Positions 13,014-32,996 of a stretch of 64,000 nt of DNA are shown here, one piece after another. The stretch lies in contig JAKMXF010000321.1 of assembly GCA_024704765.1 (NCBI GenBank), positions 186,001-250,000 on the forward strand, read 5' to 3'. A model generated the notes under the pieces. The model saw nothing but the letters and a program-made list of their open reading frames with translations. It ran no database searches and had not been told where the DNA came from. The position numbers and the translations under genes are program-made. This stretch comes from Oopsacas minuta. Its lineage: Eukaryota; Animalia; Porifera. Within the stretch, counting starts at the first letter, position 1, and each line of letters opens with the position of its first letter.

Positions 13014-13304
13014 TTATTGTTATTTGTTTCTAAATTATGAAAACAGAAAAAAGTTATTGAATTGCTATAAACAAATATTTTTGTGTCTTATAAGTCCTAA
13101 CTAAACTGTGACATCTCTAGTGTCACTAATGTCAATCTAATTATTGGATAATGAAACTAAACTACAATTATTTCCATAAAAGAATTTTCTAAAATTATAA
13201 CTGGAACTAATTAGTATTTAAATAATATCAACACCCCTAAATGTATCAATTATCCAATTTTCATGTGAATTAGACTTTTCTATAACATAACATAAACAAA
13301 ATTA

Positions 13305-13718
13305 TTAGTTCTTATCCTTAGTTCCAGTTTCAATCCTAACTAAAGTAGCAGGAATAGGTGGAGCTATAAAATAATTATCATTTTTACGCGGGGAATTTGA
13401 CATAACTTCCGTTTTGGTAGGAATTTCCCGCTCAAAATCTCCTCTCATAACTATCGACCGGTTTTCATTTAGTTGATACAGCGGCTCGACATCTGATAGG
13501 TCAATTTCGAAGAGCCTATTACAGAACTCAATCCCGTTTCGTATATACATAGCTTGTAACTCATCGTCCGTAGTCCATCTTTCCGAATTATTGTTCTCCC
13601 GTAAGAGTGATAGTTTTTGGAGGTGTTTGACCATTTGGCGCTCTTTTTCATTTGGAGTTGTTGACTCAAATCGACACAATGACGCGACACATAACTTCCT
13701 TATGGAACTAAGTAGCAT
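13305..13718 (-). CDS. GATC: Mitochondrial glutamyl-tRNA(Gln) amidotransferase subunit C
   Basis: Basic/hydroxylated presequence-like N-terminus; L..IDLSDVEPL…MRGD…VMSNSP…YFIAPP is the GatC signature. Confidence 0.75.
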   Translation of the reverse strand: MLLSSIRKLCVASLCRFESTTPNEKERQMVKHLQKLSLLRENNNSERWTTDDELQAMYIRNGIEFCNRLFEIDLSDVEPLYQLNENRSIVMRGDFEREIPTKTEVMSNSPRKNDNYFIAPPIPATLVRIETGTKDKN

Positions 13719-14720
13719 TTTTCACACCTAATTATGAATATGTTCTTATAAAACAATTTACTAACCTGGAACCATGGACGACAGCAGGGTCCATACCCAT
13801 AGAGGCCATTTCTTGGACTATTGGTTCTGGAACTAATTAAATGTCCTTTACAGAAGGTTCCATATGTAATCAATAATATTTGTCACTTGACAAGCCTGTT
13901 TATAGAATATGGAACTATGAATCATTTTAATATTTATAGAATTGTATATTACTACATTGTTATAGTTCCAATTGCAACTTTATATAATAACGCCTCGACA
14001 CAATTATTATGGTGACAAAATGATGATTGGCAAAAAGGAGTTGCATCATAAATCGACCAATCAAATTAATTTCTATTCCAATACTTTGAATAAACTATTT
14101 ACAAGCTTAGCCAACCAATTTTAAGAATGCAAATGCGACACAATTTGAACACTTAAAAGGACACTTTTAGGTGTTTGGTTTCTGTAATTAATTGGCTGTA
14201 ATTAGGTGACACATTTCAAATTGTGGCATTCTAAAATCTGTAGACAATACTATAGGACATCTGTACCCACAAATCTGATTGGGTAATAAAGTATAGACAA
14301 TAGAACCTACAAATTCATTGTTCATTTCACTCATTAATAATATGGAACTATCTTAATTAAATTGATTCAAAAAATCGGATTAAACACTTCAACCACAACT
14401 TCCAAATTCTCTTTGAAATTATCTCAAAATATGTTTCAACAAACCACAAACACCAATCGAAAGATAGCATTTTATCCAGTTCAAAGGTATCAGGCAAAGT
14501 TGTAATATGATTGGACGTATAAGTTACAAAGTGCTTGTTAGAATGTTGAAAGTGGGATGTTGCCCAATTAGCACCACCTCAGAGTAAGAGGAGAGATAAT
14601 CAAGATTGCGTATAGTTACCAAATCAAGTCATTGCAATGTTCTATTTGGTTGTATTACCCAATCAAATTGCCTGCAGCTATAAATACAGAATGCATTGCA
14701 ATTTGGATAAAATTGCAAAA

Positions 14721-15566
14721 ATGGAAATAACGATTTCTTGTAACGAAAGTAAGAAAGCCATCGAGGCCATTTTGGCGCGCGATGAGAACCACTTTTGTGC
14801 CGACTGTGATGAACCAAATCCAACTTGGGTGTCACTAACATGGGGCTGTTTTATTTGTGACAATTGTGCGGGGGCACATCGATCCCTTGGACCCGAGAGC
14901 TCATTTTTAAAGTCAGGGACCAATGAGATATTTTCCCAACAAGAAGTAGATTGTTTAACACTTCAAGGAAATGTACACGCCAATCAAATCCTAGAGTATC
15001 ATGTGCCGGAAGGTGTCGATGTGCCACATGGCGCAAATGATAAGTGGCAGAGAAGAAAGACTTATATTCAGAAGAAATATGAAGATTTAAGTTTCATAAA
15101 ATTGGAAGGCAGAGAGAGAAAATCGGTAAAACGTGAATCAATAATTTTCGAATCATTCGAGGACAATTCTCTGCCATTTGAAGACCACTTTTTGGGCATC
15201 TTGGACGTCAAAATATTGTCAATAAACAATCTCCCAAAGTCAAAATTTGGAAATAGTGGCATTTATGCCATCACAAAGATTGGTACTCAACAGTCAAAAA
15301 CAGACGCAAAGGATTTTAAAGAAGAAATAAAATTTGATGAAAAGTTCGTATTTTCTTGGGACGGAAAAGAGGAGATGAACATCAAAATATGTGACAAACA
15401 GAAAATCACAAAATGTAAATTTTTAGCGGAAGTGAAACTACAACTAAACGTGCTTTTGGAAACAAGGTCCAGACAGTTGAAAGGAACTTTCCCGCTCTAC
15501 ACAAAGAGCAACAAATCAGCTGGTTCCATTGAACTAGAAATTAATTGTATGTCACTTTTTGATTAA
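14721..15566 (+). CDS. ArfGAP plus C2-domain protein, intronless (ORF open from 14637)
   Basis: ArfGAP zinc finger CADC-x16-CDNC-AGAHR with the catalytic Arg; C-terminal C2 fold (FLGILDVKILSINNL…F.FDEKFVF…IKICD…LAEVKLQL); TATAAATA at 14680. Confidence 0.85.
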   Translation: MEITISCNESKKAIEAILARDENHFCADCDEPNPTWVSLTWGCFICDNCAGAHRSLGPESSFLKSGTNEIFSQQEVDCLTLQGNVHANQILEYHVPEGVDVPHGANDKWQRRKTYIQKKYEDLSFIKLEGRERKSVKRESIIFESFEDNSLPFEDHFLGILDVKILSINNLPKSKFGNSGIYAITKIGTQQSKTDAKDFKEEIKFDEKFVFSWDGKEEMNIKICDKQKITKCKFLAEVKLQLNVLLETRSRQLKGTFPLYTKSNKSAGSIELEINCMSLFD

Positions 15567-18324
15567 TTTTGTATTTTTCTCAATTAATTAAGCGCCAAAA
15601 TATTAATACCAACAAATGAAATTATATTTTTAGACAAATTTTTATTTATTGTAATATTAGAGAAGATAATTCGGCGCATAAAAAGATAATCTCCGCCAAA
15701 ATTGTATTGGCGAAAATTATGGCGCCTAGCTTTATATTCCGCCCAAATTATTCATATGAATTTCTGGCGCATAAAAATTTAATTCCCGCCAAAATTACAA
15801 AATAAAAATTTTGGCGCCTATAAGTAGAAAATTGCGCGCCTGAAATATTTTACTTAAATTTCTTGAATTTAGCAATTAATGCCAAAATGGAACTAAGAAG
15901 TAACACTAATGAATTAAAGAATGTTTAAGCGCATATTTGAGAGAAATCTGACAAATAAAATTACGATTCATTTATTGAAATGTGACACAAATAAAAATAA
16001 GTTTTCTAAAGTAAATTTCGTCATTTTCAAATTTAAAATATTTTCAGGAATTTAGGAATATTTCTCGTTGCTATGCTATGATATTAACCAATCAAATATT
16101 AATATTCCAAATGACACAATTAATGTAGCAAAACTAAAAACAATAATTTTCTGTGCTTGAACTGACCAATCATTTACTCGCCATATGTTCTAGCTAATTT
16201 GAATTTCAAAGGAATTGATTGGATAAGCCATTTCTTTGATAAAAACTAATTTGATTGGTTAAAATGATAAATCAAATTATAAATAACGAGACGCACTTTG
16301 TTGTTGTTTTGTTTTTGTAAATAATCGCAAAACAACAAACAATAAACAAAAGATCACAAATACATATATCAGGGGTCCTATCTGTGATCCAGTTTTGTAA
16401 TTTAATTAGTGTAACCTTTGTTCTTGCGTCAAAACAAAAACGTAATTTTCATAAAAGAACTATGTGTGAAAAATAAAGTAACCAAAATTAATAATTATTA
16501 ATAAACTGATGGCATAGATCTGTAACGAATAAGTTCGAATCAATATGACAGCAGGAAAGTTAGTTCCAGTTTGAAACTTGTATCTAATTAAGGAATCCAA
16601 CACTATACTTAAAGTTTCTCATACAGGCACGTAGTTCTGACGAATTCATTGGTTGATTACCTTGTATACGTTTTACTGCTTCAAGTTAAGGAAAAATTAA
16701 ATGTGCGCCAGATTGCGCCATTCATCCGACACAAAATTATGGCATGTTTGGCGCCTAAATCTAAATAGCCTACACACTGTATGTTAATATATTGTAACCA
16801 TTTGATTGGGTTTTAGCCAAAATTTATGTTTGTTATCATTATTAGAAAATTGTAGAAATGCTGAGAACAATTGGAACTAAGCCACTAAGGCAATTTCAAT
16901 ACGGAGCTAAAGAATTACTAAAAACGTTTCCTTGGATATTTTCTATTAATAGACATATGATTTGTAAGTTATTTAGTAAATAAATTTCCAAAAAGTCAAC
17001 GTAATTATGATTCAATAATTAGCTTAACAAATAATTCATATTATTAATCAACCCAAATAAGCTGAAAACAGAATTATTTTCACTGTAACCTAAACTCAAT
17101 TTCGATTGGTTTATAACTTCAGATTTTAGGCGCCAAATGATGAATATTTCAAGACTAATTTGTTGTTAAGTTATGCTAACATAATAACTAAGCACTGAGT
17201 TAGTAGTGCAGATTATAGGCGCCATTTAATCATATGATAAAGTGACTTATTGTGCAATTAGCGAAATGAAATGTTATTAACATAACTTATGGCCAGAAAC
17301 ATGAGGAAATTGTGTCTCTATAGTTACCTAAAATATGTGAAAATATACGACATCATGCTCAAAACTACATAGTTAGATTTGCTTAATCATAATGCTACTT
17401 TCGTATTAAACAGCTGCCATTCTGTCCAATAGAAATTAAATTATAATTGTCATACACCAAAAACCGCCAAATTAGACTAAAACGCGCCAAAATAAAAAGT
17501 ATTCATAAATAATGCGCCAAATTACAAACCTATTTTTAATTAATTGAATTAAAAATGACACTTTGTTGTTGATAGACAAAATACCATAATTGTAATTCTA
17601 AATATTTTCAGAGTAATTCGTAGCAACTAAAATCACACAGCTGATTAACTGATAAATACGCCGGGAAATAGTAAATAATCGCGATATCATGGATTGGCGC
17701 TTGAAAGATATTGAATTTTATTGGCCACTTAGAACCATCTGCTTAAATTCGAATATACTTCAAAGAATTTAATTTATCAAATTACAAATTGTGGCATCAC
17801 ATAAGTCTTAACCAAGTGGCACAAATCTGACACTAATTAGATTACTCTCAGGTCAAATTAAGAGCTGTACTTTAATTGAATTTCGATTATAATTACAAAT
17901 TCATTGGAATTCTTAATGATATATCTAATTAACATATTAGCTTAATAAGTTGTAAATACGACCACATTCATGAACTAGACAAAAGTGTTAAAACCTAGAA
18001 ACCTTTTAGAATACAAATTTGGACCATATTTAGCATCCTAGGGGAAAATCTAACACCCCAATAAAACAGTAACCCAAAACCTTTCTCACTCGTGGACCCC
18101 TTATACCAATTTTAACAATTTCTGAGGAACTGTGAATCCCCTACTGTCGTAAATCAAATAACATATCTCCGCATATATAATTACCAACATATAACTAACA
18201 TTCCTTAAGATACATAAACAACACAAACTAGTGCCTTAATATCCTAAATAACCACACAACTACAATAGGCAGCTAGCATAAAAATTGTTACTATTTATCA
18301 TGCCACTTTTCAACCACTTAACAC

Positions 18325-25923
<7,599 letters not shown>

Positions 25924-27619
25924 TTTCAAATGTGTTACAATACAAACTCAAAAACTAACAAACTGTAAACAAATTTGTATTTATACTTTTGCAGAAATAA
26001 AAGTGGCAGCTAATTAATATTAGCAACAACCAATCGAATTACGTAATTTCTTGTTGTAAAATGTTACAATTTGATTGGCTAATAAATATTCAAAAACTTT
26101 CGATTTTGAAACTGAAAGTATTTTAAAATTCGCAAATTTGTTGTGTGAAAATATCAAAAGTTTGTAAACAAATAAATAAAATCTTTTCATAAACAAACGA
26201 TTTTCATTAAAAGTAAAAGACTTAAAAATGGAAAAGGGGAGATTTCCATTTTATACTTAAAATTTGGTTGATATTATTGGTCAAATTATGAACATATAGA
26301 AAACAGGATGTGATTAGAGTGGCGTTCAGATGGTTCGGTTTCAGTTTCATCATATATTATCATTAGTTTATTGTTCAATAATTGTCCACTTAAACAAATG
26401 TAAAATTGAGTAAAAGGAAACTGAGGTTGGAAACTAGATTATATAGAAAATCGTCAATTATAGAATGGCGCGTAAAATGATCAGATAAACTTCAAAGTGA
26501 GTGAATATTAATGTTCAAATGTGTGATTTAGGCGCGTAATAATGCGCCAAAGATTACCCGCGGAAATTCATTATAACCAGATTCTGCCGCCGAAAATTAC
26601 TCCATAATTTAGGCGCTAAAAATTTTTTCGACACATTCTTTAGCAAGGACATATATACATATTTATGTGCATATGAATATTAAATATTTATGAATAAATG
26701 TGTTCTACTAAGTGTGACCAAAAATTAATAATTGAATCTACAAAAATAAAAAAAAGAATTATTTGAAGCCTAATAATACAGAACTTAGCTGAATTAATGA
26801 ATTCCATCAAGGTCTTAATTGAATGGTTGACCAGTAAGTGAATTTCAGCTGCCTTGACAGCAGATATATATATACACATGTTATTACTTACAAGTATGCA
26901 TATATTATATTTGGTGTTAGAAGCCTTGTGTCACATTCTATAAACTTTTCAAATCCGTTTTGGGAAGGAAAGGATTTTGAAGGGATTTCTAACGTTTTGA
27001 ATATCATTTATACGTCACCCATAATCCAAGAATGGTATCACAACAATAGGAGTATTGTTTTGGCGGGCTTCTAGGCCACAATCTAGGGGAACTGTCACCT
27101 TTTGGGAGGGAGGCCTCAGTATTTGGTCCCCGGAAACACCCAAAAATATTTGTCACTATGCATATAAACCCCCCAAAAATCTCGGAGAATTAAGCTTCAG
27201 AACTTCTTAGAGAAATATCATAATTTATCACTCAAAAAATTCATCATAAGCTGTATTATGAAAATTATTAAATTTAATATTTCATCTTGTTCAGGAAATT
27301 ATAAGGTTCAATAAAAATGATAATTTAAATTCCTAGAGAAGCCCAAATCCTGTTGGCACAGTGACACGTAAGCGGACTGTCCTGCTTTTTCGGGCACATA
27401 TGGAGTGTCATGTTCCGCTTAATCGTCTCAAAAAAGATTTTAGGCGCCAGACAATCAAGTGTGCCACTATATTCTAGATGGGTCGATTCATAAAATTGAA
27501 CATTTATGTCCAATTTTGCGTGTCTTTTCTATTAGTAGACAAATAAACATAAACAAACAACTCTCTATCTATGGATAAAATCACAAGTTAGTCAATACCT
27601 AACTTCATGCAAATGGGAA

Positions 27620-29394
27620 CTAATAATATCTGTATAGTTCCTTTCTCACAATCCCTCCTTTCTTTTCTATGTCTGCTATTATAAAGTGGTTGGCTAACGT
27701 ATAGAACTCCTTTCTTTCTTGAAAATTTACTATTACTTTGCCCCAATATGATAAACAACTTTTAAGAGTGTTTGTTAATTTCTCCTGTTCAAATATTTCA
27801 GACAAGACGAATGAGCAAAATGGCGCTTGAAAATGGCCTAACTCGAATTCCCCGAGACATTTCAATATCCTAGTGATACGCAAGTAGTTATGGAATGACG
27901 AATTTAAGAGCCTATACTGCTGCTTTTGGTGTTTATCTGAGCGGCCAATTTTACCTGTATCTTTATTCGCCAGTTTCATGCCAAAGAAATCCAGCATTAG
28001 CTCATAACTCCTTATAAGCCTATTTTGAAATTTCTGCTTTTCTGGTTCGGATAATAATTGTTGTATTTCATGTTTTTGTAATGGCTGTGCGTGGTGGTTT
28101 AGGCCCTGTTCCTGGATAGGAAATAGCCATTGAATGTATCCATGGTGTTGTTCAAGGAGGTCGTAATCACTCCACCATTTTTTGTGTATGTCATCTATGT
28201 AATCGCCGGATGGTTGCGATGGTAACCTGTTTTGGTAGAATTCTAAATTTAGATTGTAATCTGGATGGTCTGTTGCCTTTGGATATCCGTCTAAGTACCT
28301 ATAAAATGACCAATTTGACACTTATAGTTCCAAATACAGTCAACACCCGTTAGATCGAAGTCTTAAATCATACAAACATGGTCCCAAACCGTCAGAGTAA
28401 CATATCACTTGAGCTTCGATATGACGGGAATTGACTGTATACTACTGTATTTCTCGCTCAATTATCCGATGATTATTGAGCGGGAAGTATTCCTAAAGGA
28501 AACCTTATGAACATACCTTTCTGTATCTTCGGTTGCCCAGTAACCTCCCATTAACTTCTGCAATTCTTTAGAAAGCGAACTTACGAATTGTTTCCATTCT
28601 TTTTGAGTTCTCTCTTTAGTCATTCTAAGTCCCTTATCACTTGGAGAAATACTGGCGCCTTCAGTGCCACTTTCCTTACTCACACCTTTCGGGCTACTTT
28701 TCACATCGCCACTATTTTTGGCTCCTTTTTTGGGTGTTTTATTAGATTTTCCACCAGTTTGGAATTCCCCGCCCGAATCATTGTCTTCATGGCTATTTTT
28801 AGTATCTACTTTCTCTGCAACTGGATCTGAATCAGTTTTAGTGGTATATCCAGTTTGATCTTCCTCTCCTGTATCTACAGTATTCATTGGCTCATTTGCA
28901 TGTTGTGTTTCCATTGGTTCATTATACACGGGTACTGGTTCTTTACCCGAAGTTTCAATTGGTTCATTATACACGGGTACTGGTTCTTTACCCGAAGTTT
29001 CAATTGGTTCATTATACACGGGTACTGGTTCTTTACCCGAAGTTTCAATTGGTTCATTATACACGGGTACTGGTTCTTTACCCGAAGTTTCAATTGGTTC
29101 ATTATACACGGGTACTGGTTCTTTACCCGAAGTTTCAATTGGTTCATTATACACGGGTACTGGTTCTTTACCCGAAGTTTCAATTGGTTCCGATTGGGCG
29201 CCAGTTTCCATCTTTTCATCTTTGGCATTTTCATCAAGTTTCGAAGATTCTTCATCGTTTCTTACGGAACTGACATCCATTTCGCTGCCATTCTCTACAG
29301 CCACTGGGCCACTTTCTGTAGCCCTTGGTTTTTCATCACAGGTGTTAACTGGCGCAGTGCGAACATCAGTTTGTTGTTGTGGATTTGAAGACAT
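27620..29394 (-). CDS. OGFR-like: Opioid growth factor receptor-like (OGFr_N domain); exons 29394 (or 29505)-28517 and 28298-27620
   Basis: The GT-AG phase-2 join gives WATEDTERYLDGYP; LE..HGYIQWLFP…GLN, MLDFFG and HNYLRITRILKCLGE are OGFr_N signatures. Confidence 0.88.
28337..28437. mobile_element. 101-bp pogo/Tigger-type MITE in the OGFR intron
   Basis: TA-CAGTCAACACCCGTTAGATCGAAG…CTTCGATATGACGGGAATTGACTG-TA. Confidence 0.8.
28916..29190 (-). repeat. Coding 45-bp tandem repeat x6 (EPIETSGKEPVPVYN)
   Basis: Essentially identical 45-nt units. Confidence 0.95.
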
Positions 29395-29848
29395 AAAATA
29401 GTGGAGAGGAGAAAAACTGAAGTTCGGTCTTTTAAAATATTTAGAACTTACATAACTGAAAATTATAACAGCTATGATAAACCCAAATATCACACTTAAC
29501 AACATTTTGGCGCTCAATGAATGCCTATTTTTACTTCTTATATTGCAATACTGGCAATATATAGTTATATAACCTTTGTTTAACTTTCAATGAAGACATA
29601 TTATGTATCATACAAGCAATCTCCAATTTTTGGTGACATAATATCTATTAGGCTAATTCTGCAATAAATATTTTGCCTCAAACAATAGTTCTCGTATTGT
29701 TAATGAGAAATATCAGCATAGTTAACCGAATTATATCATATTTGATAATAATGTGACTTATACAAGTCTAATAATGCCAAAATCTTACATTTAGAGGTTA
29801 ACCTACACGTATAATACATTAAAATAGATAAAGTATGATGTATTATAC

Positions 29849-29900
29849 CAGGCTTGGACCGGGTCATCGGGCCAGGAAATCATGACCCGGTCCAAGCCTG
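29849..29900. mobile_element. 52-bp hAT-type micro-MITE
   Basis: Perfect 19-bp TIR CAGGCTTGGACCGGGTCAT with an 8-bp TSD TATTATAC on both sides. Confidence 0.85.
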
Positions 29901-30213
29901 TATTATACGTTATACGCGTATTATAACCTCCCCCAAACAATTTGTACTTCAATATCTAATTTAATTAAGAATAGTGTTGGTGACGTGCAATCAAGGTACA
30001 CACGAGGTCAAAAAATTGGAAATGAACCTTTAAGTAATATTATCTTCTGATAGATAATATTATCTAAATAGTGTCTATCTAGCATTCTCATATCATCCTC
30101 ATGTTACTATGCAAATTTCGTAAAGTTTCATATGATATGTGTAAAGATATGATATGTGTAAAGATATGATATATATTTGATATTTTAATATTAAAATACA
30201 AAATAAATTCTAA

Positions 30214-31348
30214 ATGGCGGTACAGCTACAAGAAAGAACTTCGCCCGCACTGGAAAAACTTGATTTTAGTGATAAACAGCTGACTCATTGGCCATCTAAA
30301 GACCTACCCTTCAACCTGACAAAGTTATGCCTAAACTCAAATTCTTTGATACAAGTTCCAGATGAAATTGCGAAACTTTCACACCTAAAAGAATTTGATA
30401 TTTCGAATAATCTTATTCAGAAAATATCAGAAAGTTTCGGCAGTTTAGAATTCCTTACAATATTTACGGCTAAAAATAATAAAATCGTGGAATTACCCGA
30501 AAATCTCTCCAAACTGAGAAAATTAAAATCACTGAATTTGGCGGGTAATTTGTTACAGAAAATCCCCATTCAAGTTTGTGATCTTGCCCGCCTAGAATCT
30601 CTCCATTTTGGTGGTAATTTGATCAATGAAATTCCTCCAGAAATACAGCATATTGAAAGGTAAGTTTGTCTTAGTTACGTATTTGCCAAATGGAATGTGA
30701 CTTAGTTTCATACAGGATACATTTCCTTTTTGAATTTTTTCTATTTTTAGGCTTCAATATCTATATTTGGGAGGTAACCAAATAGAGAAAGTACCAGTAG
30801 AAGTGGGACAACTCCGTAACCTGCTCTCTCTGAACCTCTCCTCCAATCGAATCACAGTGTTACCCCGTGAATTGGACCAATTAAAGTCCCTCGAGTCTCT
30901 CCTCTTGCACCATAACCTCCTCCATTTTCTCCCAAAAAATATAATCAATTTAGAAAACCTATTGGAATTATCGTTACGACACAACCCATTGGTCCATAAA
31001 TTCAAACTCAAAGTGGAAAAACAAGTCCCATCATTAGTGGAGCTAAGTTGTTATATAATAAAGAAACTTCACATTCCATATGAAACTATAATCCCCAAAT
31101 ATTTAACTAATTATCTTGATGGTTCCAAAGAGTGCGACAATCCAAATTGTGATGGAGTCTATTTTGAAACCAAAGTTAAGAAACTACAATTCGTGGATTT
31201 TTGTGGCAGATATAGAGTCCCACTTTTGGAGTACTTGTGTAACTATTGTGAGTACCCATCGACCCTCGATGGGTTCAGTTCTAGCGGCTCAGAGGATGAT
31301 GAACCCACCAAGGCCTCTTTAAAGAAAATAATTATGGAAAATTTGTGA
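30214..31348 (+). CDS. LRRC58: Leucine-rich repeat protein 58; exons 30214-30659, 30751-31348
   Basis: LRRs followed by the LRRC58 C-terminal motif VPSLVEL…CDNPNCDGVYF…FVDFCGRYRVPLLEYLC; GT-AG phase-2 intron. Confidence 0.9.
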
Positions 31349-31644
31349 TTTTGCGGGGGTTTTGTGATTCTTTTTTGTATTATTTTGTTCATTCATTTTA
31401 TTCATCTCTTCTGCTTTTGTGTGTAATTATGTCTTCTTTTCTTGTATTTATATTTATTTGCCAATTTACTCAATCTGTTATATTTTGATTTAAAATTTAC
31501 AAACCTATTAGGTGACTAAAATGGCGCATAACTGCCAACTGTGCCACTTTGGGAATGTCTGCTCAAAATTCCAAATGTAGTTCAGTATGTGATTTATTTG
31601 AAAACACCTGTTGGCGAATTTCTCCTTATCTGCCATTCATTGTA

Positions 31645-31773
31645 CAGTGTATATAGGTTATAAGAACACCCTTAGGAGTAGCAATGCATGTTCTTACAAC
31701 CGGTATAATATACAGGAATATATGAGAACCGATTTCCAGATGATGGTGCTTATATCCGGTATGTTCTTATAAC
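31645..31773. mobile_element. pogo-type MITE (GGTTATAAGAAC family)
   Basis: Paralogous to 33329-33452, 20092-20177 and 61120-61235. Confidence 0.7.
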
Positions 31774-31819
31774 TCACATATTATAGTCCAATTCCTTTTA
31801 GCTTAAAACTTACTAAGAA

Positions 31820-32182
31820 ATGCCGCCTAAAAAGAAAGATCCAAAGAAGGACCAAAAAGGAAAACAGCCTCAAAAAAAGGCGCCATCCTCAAAATCAGGC
31901 GGGAAACCCAAGAAAAAGAAATGGTCTCGTGTGAAGCAGCGTGACCACTTGAATAATATGCCATTTTTCGATAAAGTGTCATATGCCAAAATGAAAAAGG
32001 ATGTGCCATATAAATGTGTCACCCCAGCTGATTTGAGTAGCCGTTATAAAATCCGGGTTTCCCTCGCCCGCGCGGCGCTCAAAGAATTAGAAAGTGAGAA
32101 CAGAATACGCGCCATAACTAAACATAACGGACAACTAACTTATACTAGAACTACAGCTGAAAAACAGCCGGCAAAACAGTAG
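31820..32182 (+). CDS. RPS25: 40S ribosomal protein S25 (eS25), intronless
   Basis: MPPK…GGKPKKKKWS…RDHLNN…FDK…VTP…KIRVSLARAALKEL…KH..Q..YTR. Confidence 0.9.
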   Translation: MPPKKKDPKKDQKGKQPQKKAPSSKSGGKPKKKKWSRVKQRDHLNNMPFFDKVSYAKMKKDVPYKCVTPADLSSRYKIRVSLARAALKELESENRIRAITKHNGQLTYTRTTAEKQPAKQ

Positions 32183-32285
32183 CTGATTGGTTGAATCTTT
32201 AGTAGAAATCTTAACATTTAGTAATAGCATTAGTTTGTTTATTAGAAATGTGTTGTTGTTGATTTTGTGTTTATCATATGGATTA

Positions 32286-32490
32286 TTTTGACAAAAATGG
32301 TCATCCTATATGCTTATTAGTTATTCAACCATGGATGCTGGATTTAGTTGATCTGTTTGGATGTTGTCTGGGTCATTTTGAGGTACTCCTCGCTTGGTTG
32401 GAAGAGATTTGTGTATAACATAAAGTAAACAAAATCCTCCATCCATGGTTAAATATCTAATAAGCAAAATTCGGGCTATTTTGTCAAAAA
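32286..32490. mobile_element. MITE-like inverted-repeat element
   Basis: Arms TTTTGACAAAA…GCTTATTAG.TATT.AACCATGGATG and the reverse complement; right half also at ~20380-20465. Confidence 0.6.
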
Positions 32491-32996
32491 AATGGGATTT
32501 TTATAAGAGACTTTACCCCCAGGTTTGAGGATTGGAATTTATACACCAGTCTTATGGATTGATCCCTGAACGCACCCCCATGGTGAAGTTATTGAAAGGT
32601 GTAAAATCCATAACCTCAGTTCATGAGGTGACCGTTGTTGATTAAATATACATATGTATATATCTATTTTTGTGGTAAAATTTGGGTTTTACAAACTGAC
32701 CTATAATCCGTATGTCTGTTAAGTAGATTATATGCATATATGTTATATGTTTGTATAACCATATGAAATTCATTATGGAAACACTGATTTATAACCAATC
32801 AGATTCTACCTTGACTGGGAACAGATTTCCTCGAACCATATAATTAGGCATTCATTTTAGATGTATATTTTCACACCTTTTGAAACATAGGCTTATGATT
32901 GACTCTCATAATTATGGCGCCATCAAATCGTACCTCCTTTGGTGTTAATTTAATATAAATCAGCTGTTTGTTGTTACTAATTATAGTTCTTTAATA

